A stretch of 63,483 nt of DNA, filler included, from Saprolegnia diclina VS20 (taxonomy: Eukaryota): assembly GCF_000281045.1 (NCBI RefSeq). It is 6 parts of 5 records of this genome, joined end to end, with 100 filler letters (N's around TTAATTAATTAA, not from the genome) between each part and the next. Parts side by side here need not be neighbours in the genome. Positions count along the whole stretch, not along the records: positions 61,341 to 63,483 come from NW_008246234.1; 5 more parts are not named here. One strand, 5' to 3'. Made by a program: the position numbers and the translations under genes. Of this stretch, positions 61,341 to 63,483 are shown piece by piece (the stretch's first letter is position 1; each line of letters opens with the position of its first letter). The notes beneath the pieces are model-generated. The model was not told where the DNA came from. It worked only from the letters and a program-made list of their open reading frames with translations, and ran no database searches.

Positions 61341-62890
61341 CCATAGACAAACGTGAGGAGCCACACGAGCGCTTGAAACGCCGCGTGGTTCTTCGAAAGC
61401 AGCGCGTTGCGCAACAGAAGCGCGACGAGGAGCTGGACGCAGAGGTTGACACTGAAGATGAGCTTGCGGCCCGTGGCCGGGTTGAGGCCGCCAAGACGAA
61501 TCACGACGTCGGACGCCATGGGCCACAAGAGCCGACCGGCAAAGTTGAAGATGCCGTTGTAGCTCACCATGAGCTCGGCGCGGTTGACGTCGGCGGTCGT
61601 CGGCGCAGTGGTGTTGGCGCTGAAGACGCGCAAGTCCGTGTCTTTGAGCCGCGAAAGCATGACGAGGCCAAAGACAGAGGCAAAGAGGAACATGCACCAG
61701 AGAAACACAAAGTCGGGCGAGAAGAGACACTGCACGAGCGAGAGCTGCTTGACGCGCTGAAAGTAAAACAGCTCGGCGTCGTCCAGGTCGCACTCGCGGT
61801 AATACTCGTGCGGGTGCGGCTCGCCCTCGACGATCGGCGTCCGGTTGATATCGTCTTCGGCGACCGGGATGCTTGCAAGGTCCTCAGGCACAAACAGAAT
61901 CACGTGCCCAGACTCGTTCTGGCGCGGCCGCCGGCTCTTGAGCGAGTTCTCACGGTCGTCGTCGGCGCTCCCCATCGTGGGGCCGTGGGCGAGCAGGTTG
62001 ACGCGTTCGTGGTTGATGCCGTGCATGTCCTTGCCGTGGGCAATGAAGCCCGACGGTGGGTTGCGCATGACCATTGCGCAAAAGTACAAGACGAGACTCA
62101 TGAGGAGCCCAAACGCCGGAAACGAGAGGTACAGCGGAACCCTAACCACCGACAAGGGTTAGGGTATATTGCAAAAGGTGTTTTGTGCGTACTGGAGAGT
62201 TTGCACGGGGTACGGAAACGCCACAGCCCATAAAACAGGTCCGGCGCCAAAGCCGCAGACCGCAAACCCGGACGCCGTACCGCGCAAGTCGGGAAACCAT
62301 TTCTACGAAAAAAAGTCGAAAAATCAGAGAAAAGGGTGCAAAATCGCCCACAAACGTACTTGGAGCGTGGCAATCGGGGAGCTGTAGCAGAGACCCATAC
62401 CCGTACCAGCGACAACACCGTACGAGAGATAGACGCCGACCATGCTTTTCATCGCGATCGCCAGGCCCGTCCCGAGATGGCCCAAGAGGAAGAGCGTCGT
62501 GGCGACCGTGATCGCGTAGCGCGGCCCAACGCGCTCAAGCCACGGCCCGAGGATCGCGGCTGAGACGCCAAAGCAGCCGCTCGCCGTGTAGAAGGCGAGA
62601 ACGGCGCGGCCGGCGTTGGCGTCGCCCGTAATGTATTCGTCAATGTACGTGTTGTAAACCGACCAAGCGTAGAGCGAGCCGAGACAAAACTGCGAGACAA
62701 AGGCCGCCAGGAAGATGTGCCAGCGGCTAAAGGCCACGCAGTGCGAGACGTAGTAGGTATCGGGCGTTCGCAGCGCCGGGAGGCAAACGAGGTAGCGCTC
62801 AGCGCTCGTTTCGGCGGCCGACTTGGTCGTCGGGTGCACCGTGTAATGGCGTTGAATCACGTTGCAGACGCTGTGGAAGACGGCTGGCAT
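61341..62890 (-). CDS. MFS transporter, oxalate/formate antiporter (OFA)-like, multi-exon, 3' end in gap
   Basis: QFCLGSLYAWSVYN, GPWLERVGPR, YGVVAGTGMGLCYSSP, exon KWFPDLRGTASGFAVCGFGAG, and FNFAGRLLWPMASD. Confidence 0.92.
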
Positions 62891-63483
62891 CGGCGCGTCC
62901 AATTGAATTCTGTTTGTTTTTTCTTCTGTTGCCGTCGATGCAGTGCATCGTTCGTTCGTCGGCACTCGACAGATGCTACGACCGACGTGATGCGCACCCA
63001 AGTGCCACCCGGCTTTCCGCGCTGCCACGTAATGGTCAGGACCCGGTTTTGCGTTCTTTACAAGTTGAAAAACTTGGGACGTCCTCGAGGTGTGGACACG
63101 CAAGGCAAGCCGCTTGACCAAGCACAGCCGGGTGATCGATCTTATTTGGTTGATCGAAAAGCGAGCGATGATGCAAACAGGAAGAGCGTGGACGCGTGCA
63201 GACGTAGCGTGTCTTTGGCCCGAGCTACTCGCTGCGTTGACAAGATAGTGGGCTTCACAACGATATGACCAATCAGCGCGCGATGGCGTTATGTGTATCT
63301 TGTCATCCACAGCGGTCGATGAAGACATCGTCTGGTCTGCGTATTCGATTGGTCGGCGGCGCATCTGGTTGAAGAGAAGAAAGTGTGAGGCTGGGAACGA
63401 GCTACTCCGCAAAGCTACTCGTACTTTGCCGTGGCGAAACCAAAACGTCGGAAGCGATCGTAGCGTTCTTGGTTTCTCGAAGT

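Overview
Eukaryotic, GC-rich, gene-dense DNA with short GT-AG introns, most consistent with an oomycete of the Saprolegniales (Saprolegnia/Achlya/Aphanomyces-like). This is inferred from gene families (M96-like proteins, membrane-anchored TKL kinases, GH17-PAN, expanded TPR and WRKY19-like zinc-finger families) and from Inr/FPR core promoters. The window is a scaffold with many N-gaps. Five of them contain an artificial TTAATTAATTAA linker, so adjacency across those points is not reliable. Housekeeping genes: SEC11 signal peptidase, O-GlcNAc transferase, inositol monophosphatase, RecQ helicase, a giant USP deubiquitinase, plant-type ketol-acid reductoisomerase, LETM1, nucleoplasmin-FKBP and an MFS transporter. 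Accessory content: a Helitron remnant with an inverted repeat junction, a Tc1/mariner-like remnant, secreted Gly-rich/PQPG-repeat protein pieces, duplicated Mpo1/DUF962 genes and zinc-finger gene/pseudogene copies. Most interesting candidates: (i) a tandem pair of receptor-like TKL kinases whose ectodomains have an elicitin-type six-cysteine pattern; (ii) a TIR/HET-like + TPR protein retaining a TIR-type catalytic Glu; (iii) an apparent PDZ-inside-PDZ protein; (iv) a PX + permuted papain-like amidase fusion; (v) a membrane-fused CFA-synthase-like probable pseudo-enzyme; (vi) a recurrent TATCCGG promoter motif. All family calls come from motif recognition by eye, and exon boundaries are approximate.
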